64,000 nt of DNA. It comes from an uncultured delta proteobacterium (GTDB taxonomy: Bacteria; Desulfobacterota; Desulfuromonadia; Geobacterales; Pseudopelobacteraceae). Below the pieces are notes generated by a model that saw only the letters and a list, made by a program, of their open reading frames with translations, searched no databases and had not been told where the DNA came from. Positions 44,806 through 54,454 of the stretch are shown here, one piece after another. The position numbers and the translations under genes were made by a program. Within the stretch, counting starts at the first letter, position 1; each line of letters begins with the position of its first letter. Where the stretch lies: NCBI GenBank assembly GCA_963772835.1, contig CAVYYZ010000012.1:32001-96000 (forward strand), written 5' to 3'.

Positions 44806-44834
44806 TTGACTTCCTCATCAAGTGGCCGTACAGT
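44806..44834 (+). promoter_or_regulatory. Sigma70-type promoter for the riboswitch leader
   Basis: TTGACT-N17-TACAGT. Confidence 0.6.
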
Positions 44835-44873
44835 TCAAACCTCAAATTGTAAAGAAATCTATTTCCATAGATA

Positions 44874-44986
44874 ACGATAATACTAAACTATCCGTGAGGG
44901 TAGGACGGAAAGCCCATTGGGTCTCAAAGAGATAGCCGGGTCGCCGAAATGTCGAAAGTTCGATATGATGGCGACCCGGTTTTTTT
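44874..44986 (+). ncRNA. c-di-GMP-I/GEMM-I class riboswitch (c-AMP-GMP-type variant), copy 1, with terminator
   Basis: AATACTAAACTATCC-GTGA-GGGTAGGACGGAAAGCCC...GGGTCTC-AAA-GAGATAGCCGGGTCGCCGA; downstream GGCGACCCGGTTTTTTT pairs with the aptamer 3' strand. Confidence 0.9.
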
Positions 44987-45075
44987 GTGGGCACTTTAAG
45001 AAAGGAGCTGTACTCAGTAGTGGCAAGTATGCGCTTATATCGAACGGCGGTATAAGCAAGGCGACCTCGTGGCAG

Positions 45076-45155
45076 ACGATAATACTAAACCATCCGCGAG
45101 GATGGGACGGAAAACTCATTGGGTCTCACCGAGACAGCCGGGTTGCCGAAATGTC
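45076..45155 (+). ncRNA. c-di-GMP-I/GEMM-I class riboswitch (c-AMP-GMP-type variant), copy 2
   Basis: AATACTAAACCATCC-GCGA-GGATGGGACGGAAAACTC...GGGTCTC-ACC-GAGACAGCCGGGTTGCCGA. Confidence 0.9.
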
Positions 45156-45217
45156 GCGTGATAATTGGCCTGTTGGTAACAAGGGGCGATGTTCACAGCT
45201 ACGAAGGGAGAATTATT

Positions 45218-46387
45218 ATGAAAAACGAGAATTATCATGCATCAGTCACGCGCGTATGGCAAAAAAGTCGGCGGCTTCTTTCTCTTGGCATCGTCACATT
45301 CCTGATGGCTCTTCCGGCAGCCGCACTGGCTGCAACGCCGTGGTACGCCAATGGCAGAGCTCACACGCTGACGCTCACTGCGGACGGCCATGTATGGGCG
45401 CTGGGCGGAAACGAGTTCGGACAGCTGGGGAATGGCACCTTTGGAGGTGAAGCACTTGAACCGAAAAGGATCGCCGGACTGGATGGCGTTGTTGCCGTAT
45501 TAGCAGGAGGCAATCACTCAGTAGCGCTGAAAAAAGACGGGACCGTCTGGACATGGGGATTTAATGGTTCGGGTCAGCTTGGTGACGGCACTACACAGCA
45601 TTCACCTGTTCCGTACAAGGTCGAAGGAATAAGCAACGTCAAAGCGATCGCCACCGGAAGCAGCCACATCATCGCACTGAAGAATGATGGCACGGTATGG
45701 GGTTGGGGAGGCAATCATTCCGGCCAGCTCGGAAACGGTGAGTACCTGGATTGCATGACACCCGTGCAGGTATCATCACTGCAGGATGTAACAGCAATTG
45801 TCGCCGGGGCATTCAATACTTCCGCCCTTAAAAAAGATGGCAGCCTGTGGTCATGGGGATTTAACGGTAAAGGACAGCTCGGCAATGGCGGGAAAGAGCG
45901 AAGCAGCACCCCTGTTCGTGTGGCCGGCCTTGATGATGTTCATGCCATTGCCGCCGGCGACTGGCACGTGGTTGCTCTCAAGCACGACGGCACGGTATGG
46001 GCATGGGGAAGCAACCACGCCAGCCAGCTGGGGGGAACAAAGATTTCCTACAGTGTATCTCCTGTGCAGGTTCAAGGAATCAGTAATATAACCGATATAA
46101 CTGCCTCGGTTGGCCATACCATTGCGATCGCACGAAACGATACCGTGTGGGGATGGGGAGACGCGGGAACCGGACAGTGGGGCAATGGAGTTTCTCTGGA
46201 TGGAAGTGCACAGCCGGTTCAGGTTTCCGGGTACAACGGTCCGGTGACCGTCGCTGCGGTAGTAGATCCAGGCACCGTCCTCAGGGACAAGACGGATGGC
46301 TCGGCACTGCTCTCAGAGGTCGGAACGGACATCAGCAACATCCCGTTGATCAGACGGCAGGAGTTTTTCATTACCGCCTCCCGTTGA
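45218..46387 (+). CDS. Secreted RCC1-repeat beta-propeller protein
   Basis: Signal peptide and repeated H..ALKxDGTVWxWGxNxxGQLG units; start moved to the ATG after a GGGAG RBS. Confidence 0.9.
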   Translation: MKNENYHASVTRVWQKSRRLLSLGIVTFLMALPAAALAATPWYANGRAHTLTLTADGHVWALGGNEFGQLGNGTFGGEALEPKRIAGLDGVVAVLAGGNHSVALKKDGTVWTWGFNGSGQLGDGTTQHSPVPYKVEGISNVKAIATGSSHIIALKNDGTVWGWGGNHSGQLGNGEYLDCMTPVQVSSLQDVTAIVAGAFNTSALKKDGSLWSWGFNGKGQLGNGGKERSSTPVRVAGLDDVHAIAAGDWHVVALKHDGTVWAWGSNHASQLGGTKISYSVSPVQVQGISNITDITASVGHTIAIARNDTVWGWGDAGTGQWGNGVSLDGSAQPVQVSGYNGPVTVAAVVDPGTVLRDKTDGSALLSEVGTDISNIPLIRRQEFFITASR

Positions 46388-46438
46388 TTCAGCTTGGCAC
46401 CGATTCATGATTGCTGATAAGATGGCCCGTAATGGACA

Positions 46439-46463
46439 GTGGCAGAAAATAGATTTCTGCCAC
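46439..46463. terminator. Hairpin after the RCC1 gene
   Basis: GTGGCAGAAA-ATAGA-TTTCTGCCAC. Confidence 0.55.
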
Positions 46464-46491
46464 AACCGATAAAACCATTCAGGACTCAGCC

Positions 46492-48219
46492 ATCAAAGAT
46501 CTAGCCAGACTCATTCCTTATCTGACATCGCTCCGCTGGCGTTACGCCGGCGGAGCGGTGTTTCTTCTCCTTACCAACGCATTTGCACTTTTGATCCCCT
46601 GGTTCATGAAACTGGCGATAGAGGCACTGCAGCATCCGCCGGGGGCACGCCTCTCTGCGCCCGACTGTGCCCGGATTATTGTGCTTTTGGCAATACTGCA
46701 CTGTATCACCCGCATTTTTTCCCGGACATTGATTCTGAATGCCGCCCGCATCATTGAGTTCCGTATCCGTAATGATCTATTCCGTCGCCTTACCCTGCTC
46801 GACATCGGTTATTTTTCCACAAGTCGAAGCGGGGACATCCTTTCCCGCTTTTCCAATGACCTGACCAACGTCCGCATGCTGGCCGGTTTTGGCTCAATGA
46901 GCGGAATCAACACTCTGCTGGTTTACTGCGCCGCCGTGACTATGATGATTCGCATTCATCCCTGGCTCACGTTCTGGGCAATTCTCCCTTTTCCGATGAT
47001 GGTTCTGATCGTAAAAAAAGTCAGTCATCGTCTCTTTCATCGTTCTCTTCTGGCCCAGGAAGAACTGGCACATCTTTCCAGCCAGGCAGAGGAGACAGTC
47101 TCCGCGGTCCGACTGATCAAGTCATATTGCAGGGAAGAGTATTTTCAGAGTGAGTTCGGAAAAACCGCCGAACGCTACCTCAAACACAACCTGCGACTGG
47201 CTCGTTTGCGCGGACTTATCATTCCGGTCATGGCAACTGCAACCGGCGCAGGAACACTTGTTGTGCTGTTTATGGGCGGACGCCTGGTAATCGCCGGCAC
47301 AATAACTCTGGGGGATTTTGTAGCCTTCAGCGGTTATCTTGCAATGCTGGTCTGGCCGACAGCAGTTCTGGGGTGGATATTGACCCTTGCACAACGGGGA
47401 GCAGCCTCCATGTCACGACTGGCCGGAATATTGGCCGCTGAGCCGACGGTGGTTGATCACCCGGATGCTCGACCAATCGAAACCCTGCTGCAGGGAATTG
47501 ATGCGCAGCATCTCACTTTCAGCTATGGAGGCACGGACATACTCAAGGAGGTCTCTTTTCATATTGAGGCGGGGGAAACGGTGGGGATCACCGGAGAGGT
47601 GGGGAGCGGGAAAACATCCCTGTTGAGACTGATCGCACGACTGCTCCCGGTTGCAGAAGGGATGCTGTTTGTCGACGGCAGGGACATAAATTCAATAACC
47701 ACGGCCAGCCTGCGGCGTCTTATAGGGTATGTTCCGCAGGAGACGTTCCTGTTTTCTCGAACCGTTGCGGACAATATCAGGTACGGAGTATCAGGTGATT
47801 ACGATGACGATGCCATCGCAAAAGCAGCCGGTCAGGCCGGCTTTCTTGACGATGTGGAATCGTTCCCGGAAAAATTTGAAACCAGAGTGGGTGAAAAGGG
47901 GGTGACCCTCTCCGGCGGACAGAAGCAGCGGTTGGCAATCGCCCGGGCCGTTGCCGGTAATCCTCCGATCCTGTTACTCGATGATCCACTTTCTGCGGTA
48001 GACGCCGGGCGCGAAGAGGAAATCCTCAACGAACTGGGGAAATTCTACGCCGGACGAACCGTCCTCATCGTGTCACAACGGGTTTCCGCCTTCCGCGACT
48101 GCGACCGGATCATCGTTTTGAAATCGGGACAAATCGCCGAACAGGGGAGACCCGCCGATCTCATGCAGCAAGGGGGGCTTTATGCGGAAATATGCTCCCG
48201 GCAGCAGCGAAACCAGTGA
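46492..48219 (+). CDS. ABC exporter half-transporter (TMD-NBD) with a degenerate ATPase site; start uncertain (46492 ATC or 46558 GTG)
   Basis: TMD, GEVGSGKT, LSGGQKQR, Walker B LLLDDP and switch VSQR. Confidence 0.88.
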   Translation: MKDLARLIPYLTSLRWRYAGGAVFLLLTNAFALLIPWFMKLAIEALQHPPGARLSAPDCARIIVLLAILHCITRIFSRTLILNAARIIEFRIRNDLFRRLTLLDIGYFSTSRSGDILSRFSNDLTNVRMLAGFGSMSGINTLLVYCAAVTMMIRIHPWLTFWAILPFPMMVLIVKKVSHRLFHRSLLAQEELAHLSSQAEETVSAVRLIKSYCREEYFQSEFGKTAERYLKHNLRLARLRGLIIPVMATATGAGTLVVLFMGGRLVIAGTITLGDFVAFSGYLAMLVWPTAVLGWILTLAQRGAASMSRLAGILAAEPTVVDHPDARPIETLLQGIDAQHLTFSYGGTDILKEVSFHIEAGETVGITGEVGSGKTSLLRLIARLLPVAEGMLFVDGRDINSITTASLRRLIGYVPQETFLFSRTVADNIRYGVSGDYDDDAIAKAAGQAGFLDDVESFPEKFETRVGEKGVTLSGGQKQRLAIARAVAGNPPILLLDDPLSAVDAGREEEILNELGKFYAGRTVLIVSQRVSAFRDCDRIIVLKSGQIAEQGRPADLMQQGGLYAEICSRQQRNQ

Positions 48220-48329
48220 GTCAACGGCCGGTATGAACACCAATAAGTATCCCATCGAAGCGGGTTGACGGCAACGAATCGCGCGACTCTGGGTCAAGCT
48301 ACCTGTCTTAGAGATCGTCTAGAAATGCG

Positions 48330-50009
48330 TCATATCCCGGTCCCATAGTCATCGGACATCCTGCATCCGGGCTGTGTACCCCGTTTAAAAAGAAGCACAC
48401 TCACACCTTCCGAAGTGCGGTCAAATTCAAACGATAGGGTCTGTTCATACGCCAGAAGAGCCACGGCGTGAAGCTGCCCCAGATCCAGCAGCCGGAAGAG
48501 AATCCGGTTTCCCTTGCCAAGATAATCGAAGAAACTGCGTGATACATCGAACTCAATTGTCCCCAACTCACCAGTCAAATCCACCACGCTCACCCCGACA
48601 CCGCTCACAGAGGCTTCACTCAGGGTGACACGCCGGGGGAGACCACAATTCGCACCAGACAATTCCGGACGGATCCCTGCCGTTTCTGTCGCCTGCTGCT
48701 CAAACGGAGCTGCCGCGATAATCATACCGGCGGCCACGGTGGCGTTGGTGAAGCGGTCAATCAGGATAAAGCTACCGGTATGCCGGTTCTGCCGGTAAGG
48801 GTCGAATGAGATCGGTCTGTCCAGCTCCATGCGAACAACACCGATTTCATTCAGCCCCAGTGTCGGCACCTGTCTCTGCTCCAGAGAATTGACGTCAACC
48901 GCATACTGTACGGCGGTAACTCTGCCGGGAGTTATCGCACTCGCCGTTTTGACCAGATAGATCTGCCCCGGTTGCAAAGCCACGTCATGCATCCAGACTA
49001 GCTGCGCTTCGGGATGCCGGGCATAGATCGGCGGCGCATCCGGCGCCGAGAGCATATCTCCCCGGCTGATATCGATCTCGTCCGCCAGGGTCAGGGTGAT
49101 CGACTGGCCGGCGACCGCTTCCAGCAGATCGCCATTCATCGTGACGATTCGGGTCACCCGACTTGTTCGTCCGGAAGCGGCAACCCGTAGCTCGTCACCC
49201 GAACGGATAACGCCCGAAGCTATCGTGCCGCAGAAACCGCGGAAGTCGAGATGGGGACGGTTCACCCACTGGACAGGCATCCGGAACGGCTTTTCCCGGT
49301 CTTCTCCCTCAATATGAACTGTTTCCAGATAGTTCATCAGGGTGGGGCCGAGATACCAAGGGGTGTTGGTGCTCGGCTCGATCATATTGTCGCCACCAAG
49401 GGCTGAGAGCGGGATGGCGGTGATATCGCCGAATCCGAGTGATGCGGCGAACTGTTCGTAATCGTGCCGGATCGCCTCGAACCGCTGCCGGTCAAAATCG
49501 ATCAGGTCCATCTTGTTGACCGCCAGCACGATATGGCGGATGCCGACAAGGGAAACCAGATAGCTGTGGCGTCTGGTCTGGGTCAGCAGGCCCTTGCGCG
49601 CATCGACAAGGATGATCGCCACCTGGGCGGTGGAGGCGCCGGTGATCATATTGCGGGTATACTGCTCGTGGCCGGGGGTGTCGGCGACGATGAACTTGCG
49701 CCGCTCGGTGGAGAAGTAGCGATACGCCACGTCGATGGTGATTCCCTGTTCGCGTTCCGCCTGCAGCCCGTCCAGCAGCAGGGCGTAATCGATGGCGCCA
49801 CCCTGGGTGCCAACCTTTTTGCTGTCCGCTTCCAGTGACGCCAGCTGGTCTTCGAACACCATCTTCGAATCCCAGAGCAGTCTCCCTATCAGGGTGCTTT
49901 TGCCGTCATCGACGCTGCCGCAGGTGATGAAGCGAAGCATCGTCTTTTCTTCATGGCTTTTGAGATAGGCGAGAATATCCTGTTCGATCAGTTCCGATTG
50001 ATGTGCCAT
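48330..50009 (-). CDS. cysN: Sulfate adenylyltransferase subunit 1 with a non-kinase C-terminal extension
   Basis: GSVDDGKST, GITIDVAY, DTPGHEQY, NKMD and GSFILIDR. Confidence 0.95.
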   Translation of the reverse strand: MAHQSELIEQDILAYLKSHEEKTMLRFITCGSVDDGKSTLIGRLLWDSKMVFEDQLASLEADSKKVGTQGGAIDYALLLDGLQAEREQGITIDVAYRYFSTERRKFIVADTPGHEQYTRNMITGASTAQVAIILVDARKGLLTQTRRHSYLVSLVGIRHIVLAVNKMDLIDFDRQRFEAIRHDYEQFAASLGFGDITAIPLSALGGDNMIEPSTNTPWYLGPTLMNYLETVHIEGEDREKPFRMPVQWVNRPHLDFRGFCGTIASGVIRSGDELRVAASGRTSRVTRIVTMNGDLLEAVAGQSITLTLADEIDISRGDMLSAPDAPPIYARHPEAQLVWMHDVALQPGQIYLVKTASAITPGRVTAVQYAVDVNSLEQRQVPTLGLNEIGVVRMELDRPISFDPYRQNRHTGSFILIDRFTNATVAAGMIIAAAPFEQQATETAGIRPELSGANCGLPRRVTLSEASVSGVGVSVVDLTGELGTIEFDVSRSFFDYLGKGNRILFRLLDLGQLHAVALLAYEQTLSFEFDRTSEGVSVLLFKRGTQPGCRMSDDYGTGI

Positions 50010-50914
50010 TAGAAATACCCCTCCTGTTTCTTCTTCTCCATCGACCCCGCCGAATCATGATCGATCAGGCGTCCCTGCCGTTCCGAAGTCCGTGTCAACA
50101 GCATTTCCTGGATGATCTCGGGGAGCGTGGCCGCTTTCGATTCAACTGCGGCGGTCAGCGGGTAGCATCCCAGGGTGCGGAAACGGACCGATTTGTACTG
50201 TACCGTTTCCCCCGGCTTCAGTTCCAGCCGGTCATCGTCCACCATGATCAGCATCCCGTCCCGCTCCACCACCGGCCTGACAGCGGCATAATAGAGCGGT
50301 ACGATCGGGATATTTTCCAGGTGAATGTATTGCCAGACATCCAGTTCGGTCCAGTTGGAGATTGGAAAGACACGGATGCTTTCCCCCGGCTTTATCCGGG
50401 TATTGTACAGGTCCCAGAGTTCCGGACGCTGCAGCTTGGGATCCCAGCGGTGATTGGCACTCCGAAAGGAGAAGATCCGCTCCTTGGCACGTGATTTCTC
50501 CTCATCCCGGCGGGCACCGCCGAAGGCGGCATCAAACTTGTAGCGGTCGAGCGCCTGCTTCAGTCCTTCGGTTTTCATGATATCGGTATAGAGCGACGAA
50601 CCATGAGTAAAGGGTGAGATTCCCTGGCGCACGCCTTCGGTATTCACGTGCACGATCAGATCAAGGCCGCATTCGGCAGCCATCCGGTCCCTGAACTGGA
50701 TCATTTCGCGGAACTTCCAGGTGGTATCCACATGGAGCAGAGAAAAGGGTGGCGGTGCCGGGTAAAAAGCCTTGCGGGCAAGGTGCAGCATGACCGCCGA
50801 ATCCTTGCCGATGGAATAGAGCATGACCGGGTTGCCGAATTCAGAAGCAACTTCGCGGATGATGTGGATACTTTCGGCTTCAAGCTGCTGCAGGTGGGTC
50901 AGATTCAGGCTCAT
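50009..50914 (-). CDS. cysD: Sulfate adenylyltransferase subunit 2
   Basis: [28 protein letters not shown] and KKQEGYF. Confidence 0.97.
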   Translation of the reverse strand: MSLNLTHLQQLEAESIHIIREVASEFGNPVMLYSIGKDSAVMLHLARKAFYPAPPPFSLLHVDTTWKFREMIQFRDRMAAECGLDLIVHVNTEGVRQGISPFTHGSSLYTDIMKTEGLKQALDRYKFDAAFGGARRDEEKSRAKERIFSFRSANHRWDPKLQRPELWDLYNTRIKPGESIRVFPISNWTELDVWQYIHLENIPIVPLYYAAVRPVVERDGMLIMVDDDRLELKPGETVQYKSVRFRTLGCYPLTAAVESKAATLPEIIQEMLLTRTSERQGRLIDHDSAGSMEKKKQEGYF

Positions 50915-51071
50915 ATGGTTACCTCATGGTATGCAAAATCTTTTTATGTAACAGGGATGAAAGGGATACAGGGGATTAGATCGAATTCAAGACCATTTGG
51001 AATTAATAGATTTCACCCTCTTTATTCCTGTTAAAAATGCTTCTTGCTTTTAGTTTTCTGGCTCATCTGAC

Positions 51072-51767
51072 TCACCGCCGATGCAGCCCGCATTCCTTAT
51101 GCTCCGGGTTCTCCCACCACCATCTCCCTGCGCGGGCATCATCCATCGGTTGTACTGCCCTGGTGCAGGGGGCGCAGCCGATAGAGCGGTATCCCTGACT
51201 GTAGAGGCGGTTCTTCGGCAGCCGCTGTTCTTCGGTATAGCTGAGCAGCTGTTCCTCGCTCCAGTCGAGCAGCGGATTGATCTTGAGGATACTGCCGTTC
51301 AACTCATCCCGCTCGATTGTTTTCAGGTCGCTGCGGGTGATGCTCTGCTCACGGCGCATGCCGGTTACCCATCCGCTTAACCCATGCAATGCCCGTGAGA
51401 GCGGCTCCACCTTGCGGATGCCGCAGCAGGCATGACGCTTGTCCAACGATTCGCGGAAGGAGAACAGCCCCTCAGCCCGCTCCAGCGACTCCACCGCGTC
51501 ATGGCGGGGAAAGTACCAGTCGATCTTCAGCCGGTAGCGTTCCACGAGGGCATCGGCCACTTCGTAGGTTTCCTCGTTCAACCGGCCGGTATCGAGGGCG
51601 AAGATCCCCAGTTTGAGGCCGGCCCGATGGGCAATGTCGATGATGGCCACATCTTCCAGCGAGAAGGAGCAGGCGAGCGATACCGGGCCGGCGGCCGCTT
51701 TGATGCCGGCTCCGAGAATTTCAACTGTAGTTGCATCTTTCGCAAGATACGGGGTACTCCTGTTCAT
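51072..51767 (-). CDS. cysH: APS reductase (Fe-S type)
   Basis: LDTGRL, CCGIRKVEPL, SIGCAPCT and KECGLH. Confidence 0.93.
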   Translation of the reverse strand: MNRSTPYLAKDATTVEILGAGIKAAAGPVSLACSFSLEDVAIIDIAHRAGLKLGIFALDTGRLNEETYEVADALVERYRLKIDWYFPRHDAVESLERAEGLFSFRESLDKRHACCGIRKVEPLSRALHGLSGWVTGMRREQSITRSDLKTIERDELNGSILKINPLLDWSEEQLLSYTEEQRLPKNRLYSQGYRSIGCAPCTRAVQPMDDARAGRWWWENPEHKECGLHRR

Positions 51768-51778
51768 GGTAACTCCAG

Positions 51779-53227
51779 TCAGATTTTTAATCCCAGCAGC
51801 GGCCAGATGAACCAGGCGGAACCGAGAAAGAGCAGCCAGGAAATCACCATGACCACGACTCCGGGGACAATCATATCCCGGCTTTTCAGATACCCTGATC
51901 CGAAAACGATTGCAGTTGCAGGGGTTCCCATGGGCAGACAATAGGCCAGCCCGGCAGGCAGGGCTATTGACAGGGTCATGACCCGCGGGTCAACCCCCAA
52001 CCCCTGGGCGAGGCTCAGGCCGATCGGCATCAGGATGGCAATCACCGCGGCATTGCTGATGCATTCCGTCAATAGAATCGCAACCAGAGATATCAGAGCA
52101 ACAATAACGAACGGTGACAGGGGAAAGGATGTCAATCCTTTGTTGGCAAGCCACAGGGCAGCACCGGTCTTTTCCATGGCACTGGCCAGAGCGATGGAGC
52201 AGCCGTACATGAGAATAATTCCCCAGTTAACATATTCCTCAATTTTTTCCCAGGAAACGACACGGAATGTAAACAGGACCGCAGTACCCAGAATGGCTAT
52301 TGCGGCCAGTCCCAGTTGTCTACCGAAGAACACCCATCCGCCGATTGTGGCAATCATGACCATTGCGGTGATAATTTCATCATAGCTGATCTTGCCCACT
52401 TCAAGTCTTTTGCGATTGAGTACGCGCATACCGTCTTCAACACTCGGCAGGTCAGGCGGGAAAAAGTAGATCAGCAGAGTGAAGCCGATTGACAGGAGAG
52501 GAAGTACGATCATGATCGCCGCTATGGTCCAGTCAAAAAAAACGATGTCGGCTCCGGCTATCTCCCGCAGCATGCCGACAGCCAGCGGAGCCCTGGCCCC
52601 GCCCAGGAAGGTGGCTATACCGCCGATGATACAGCCCCAGGCAATGGACATGAAGAGTAGCTTGGCGTAGGTGCTCTTGCCCGGCTGCAGTCCGAGACTC
52701 GCGGAAATCTCCACAACCACCGGGAAGAGCATGGCGGCCACGGCATGCTCGCTCATGCAGAATGATAATCCCGCGGCCAGCAGGAATACTGTTAAAGCAA
52801 GGCGCCTTGGAGTACTGCCGAACCGGACCAGCATGGCGCGTGCCAGACGGGCGGAGAGACCGGTCCCGGCCATTGCGGCACCAAGAATGAATGCGCCCAG
52901 GATGAAAAAAACCGCCTCATTACCAAAGAGAGCATATGTCTGTTTTGCAGGCAGGATGCCAGCCAACGGCAGCATAACCATGGAAAGCAGTGCAGTCACC
53001 GCAATCGGCAGCAAACCTGACACCCACAATACAATTGTGACGCTGAAGAGTACAAGCGCATGATATCCGGGGAGAGTCAGTCCCAACGGGGGGGCAAAAC
53101 TGCCTGCCAGTATTGTCAGCAACAGGAGGGCTGCCAATATCTGGTAGCGAACCGTACGATCCATTACGATCAGCCAGATCGGCCGTGTATCTATTTTGAG
53201 CGGTTTGTCGAAGGATATCGGATTCAT
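51779..53227 (-). CDS. SLC13/DASS family anion:sodium symporter (candidate sulfate importer)
   Basis: Highly hydrophobic, with ISNAA and PMGTPAT motifs; upstream of cysHDN. Confidence 0.85.
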   Translation of the reverse strand: MNPISFDKPLKIDTRPIWLIVMDRTVRYQILAALLLLTILAGSFAPPLGLTLPGYHALVLFSVTIVLWVSGLLPIAVTALLSMVMLPLAGILPAKQTYALFGNEAVFFILGAFILGAAMAGTGLSARLARAMLVRFGSTPRRLALTVFLLAAGLSFCMSEHAVAAMLFPVVVEISASLGLQPGKSTYAKLLFMSIAWGCIIGGIATFLGGARAPLAVGMLREIAGADIVFFDWTIAAIMIVLPLLSIGFTLLIYFFPPDLPSVEDGMRVLNRKRLEVGKISYDEIITAMVMIATIGGWVFFGRQLGLAAIAILGTAVLFTFRVVSWEKIEEYVNWGIILMYGCSIALASAMEKTGAALWLANKGLTSFPLSPFVIVALISLVAILLTECISNAAVIAILMPIGLSLAQGLGVDPRVMTLSIALPAGLAYCLPMGTPATAIVFGSGYLKSRDMIVPGVVVMVISWLLFLGSAWFIWPLLGLKI

Positions 53228-54033
53228 TATAACCCTGCCGATTCGAATGATGCTTCAGCACCGTGAGTACGCAGGTGGCGGCGCAGATCCGAGGTCGCCA
53301 GAATGCGGCGATCATCGAGTTTATTGATAACGCCACGCAGATAACCGGTTGACTCTCTCAGAACAAAGGGTGTTATCAGCCTCAGTAGCGGCATGAGCGG
53401 CTTAAGCGGCACTCTGTGCCGTCGCCATTCGGCAGCGAGAAAGCGGTAACTGTTACTTATCTCTATCTCATTCCACTGTTTTTTTGTGTGTGCAAAATCA
53501 AGCAACGGTATGACGCCATTACTCAGCAACTCACTGATGGCGGCGTGAACCGCTTGGCGCTCTTCCTGCCCGGCCTTTATCGATGAAACCACTGACCAGC
53601 GTGGAAACGTTGCCGTTGCAGTTTTGAATATTATCGGTAAAGCGACTCTGCTGACATTTTCTCCATCATCGCTTTCATACGATGTGCCTGAAATGTCCAG
53701 AATATCAAGTCCCGCAAGGTAGGCACGCTCAACCTGTGACGCCGAAAGCCGGTACCCGATCCGCCCCATCAGCCGTATTGAGAAGTTTCGTTTGATCTGT
53801 CGCACCATCTCAAGATTATGCTCGTATTTTCCGGCATTTCCAAAGGTGACATGGAACAATTCGCTCGATTCCTGGCAATAGCTGTCATACATTGTTTCAA
53901 GAGTGCTGTAGACAGGCAGATCAGCACCGATGAAAAAAACCCGCCCTTCACGGCGCAGATCTTCACTGTTACCCCACCCCGGCGCCAGGCCTAACAACCT
54001 CCCCAGCCTATGTGGATCAATTACGTGGTTCAT
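53227..54033 (-). CDS. Hypothetical protein coupled to the DASS transporter
   Basis: 268-aa ORF whose stop overlaps the transporter start (TAATG); no CxxxCxxC motif. Confidence 0.7.
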   Translation of the reverse strand: MNHVIDPHRLGRLLGLAPGWGNSEDLRREGRVFFIGADLPVYSTLETMYDSYCQESSELFHVTFGNAGKYEHNLEMVRQIKRNFSIRLMGRIGYRLSASQVERAYLAGLDILDISGTSYESDDGENVSRVALPIIFKTATATFPRWSVVSSIKAGQEERQAVHAAISELLSNGVIPLLDFAHTKKQWNEIEISNSYRFLAAEWRRHRVPLKPLMPLLRLITPFVLRESTGYLRGVINKLDDRRILATSDLRRHLRTHGAEASFESAGL

Positions 54034-54359
54034 GAATTTGTCCGCTCTGCAGAGGAGATGACAGGCTAATTTTAAACTATAGATTTAATAGATATTACGG
54101 ACCCGGCCTAAATGCGAGAAGACCATCGGGGATCCATGCGCCTTTTCCCCTCAGGAACTCACCATATTGTCCTCGCCGTGGTTTTTCCTATTGCGCCTGC
54201 CGTGTGTCGTACGGCGACGTACCTGCAGTCAGGTATTGTTTGAATGTGCCAAAAGAAATCGGATGTGTCAAGAATTAATTTAATTATCTATAGATTTTAT
54301 ATATAATACTTCAGCCACCGTATTGTACCACCAGTACGCATGTCGTTAAGTTATTCGGT

Positions 54360-54388
54360 TTGACATAGTGCGGAGTAAATCGTATAAC
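54360..54388 (+). promoter_or_regulatory. Sigma70-type promoter of lhgO
   Basis: TTGACA-N17-TATAAC. Confidence 0.65.
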
Positions 54389-54454
54389 CGGCCGGGAATA
54401 ATAGTATTTTTCACCAGTGCTGCGGGACTAATCGGGATCGGAGGCCGCTAACAG

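Noticed and set aside
45119..45217. N-terminal extension of the RCC1 ORF from TTG 45119, and ORF 44917-45450
   Set aside because: They overlap the riboswitch aptamers; the ATG at 45218 has the RBS and a signal peptide follows
45340..46240. Periodic DNA repeats that might be a CRISPR array or tandem repeat
   Set aside because: They are protein-level RCC1 repeats inside a CDS; no CRISPR array was seen anywhere in the window
46432..46452. In-frame ATG followed by TAG upstream of the ABC gene, suggesting amber readthrough or pyrrolysine
   Set aside because: The TAG lies in the loop of a terminator-like hairpin, the peptide is not exporter-like, and no pyl genes are seen
50990..51015. Fifth Rrf2 box upstream of cysD
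   Set aside because: Only the right half (AATAGATTT) matches, which is too weak
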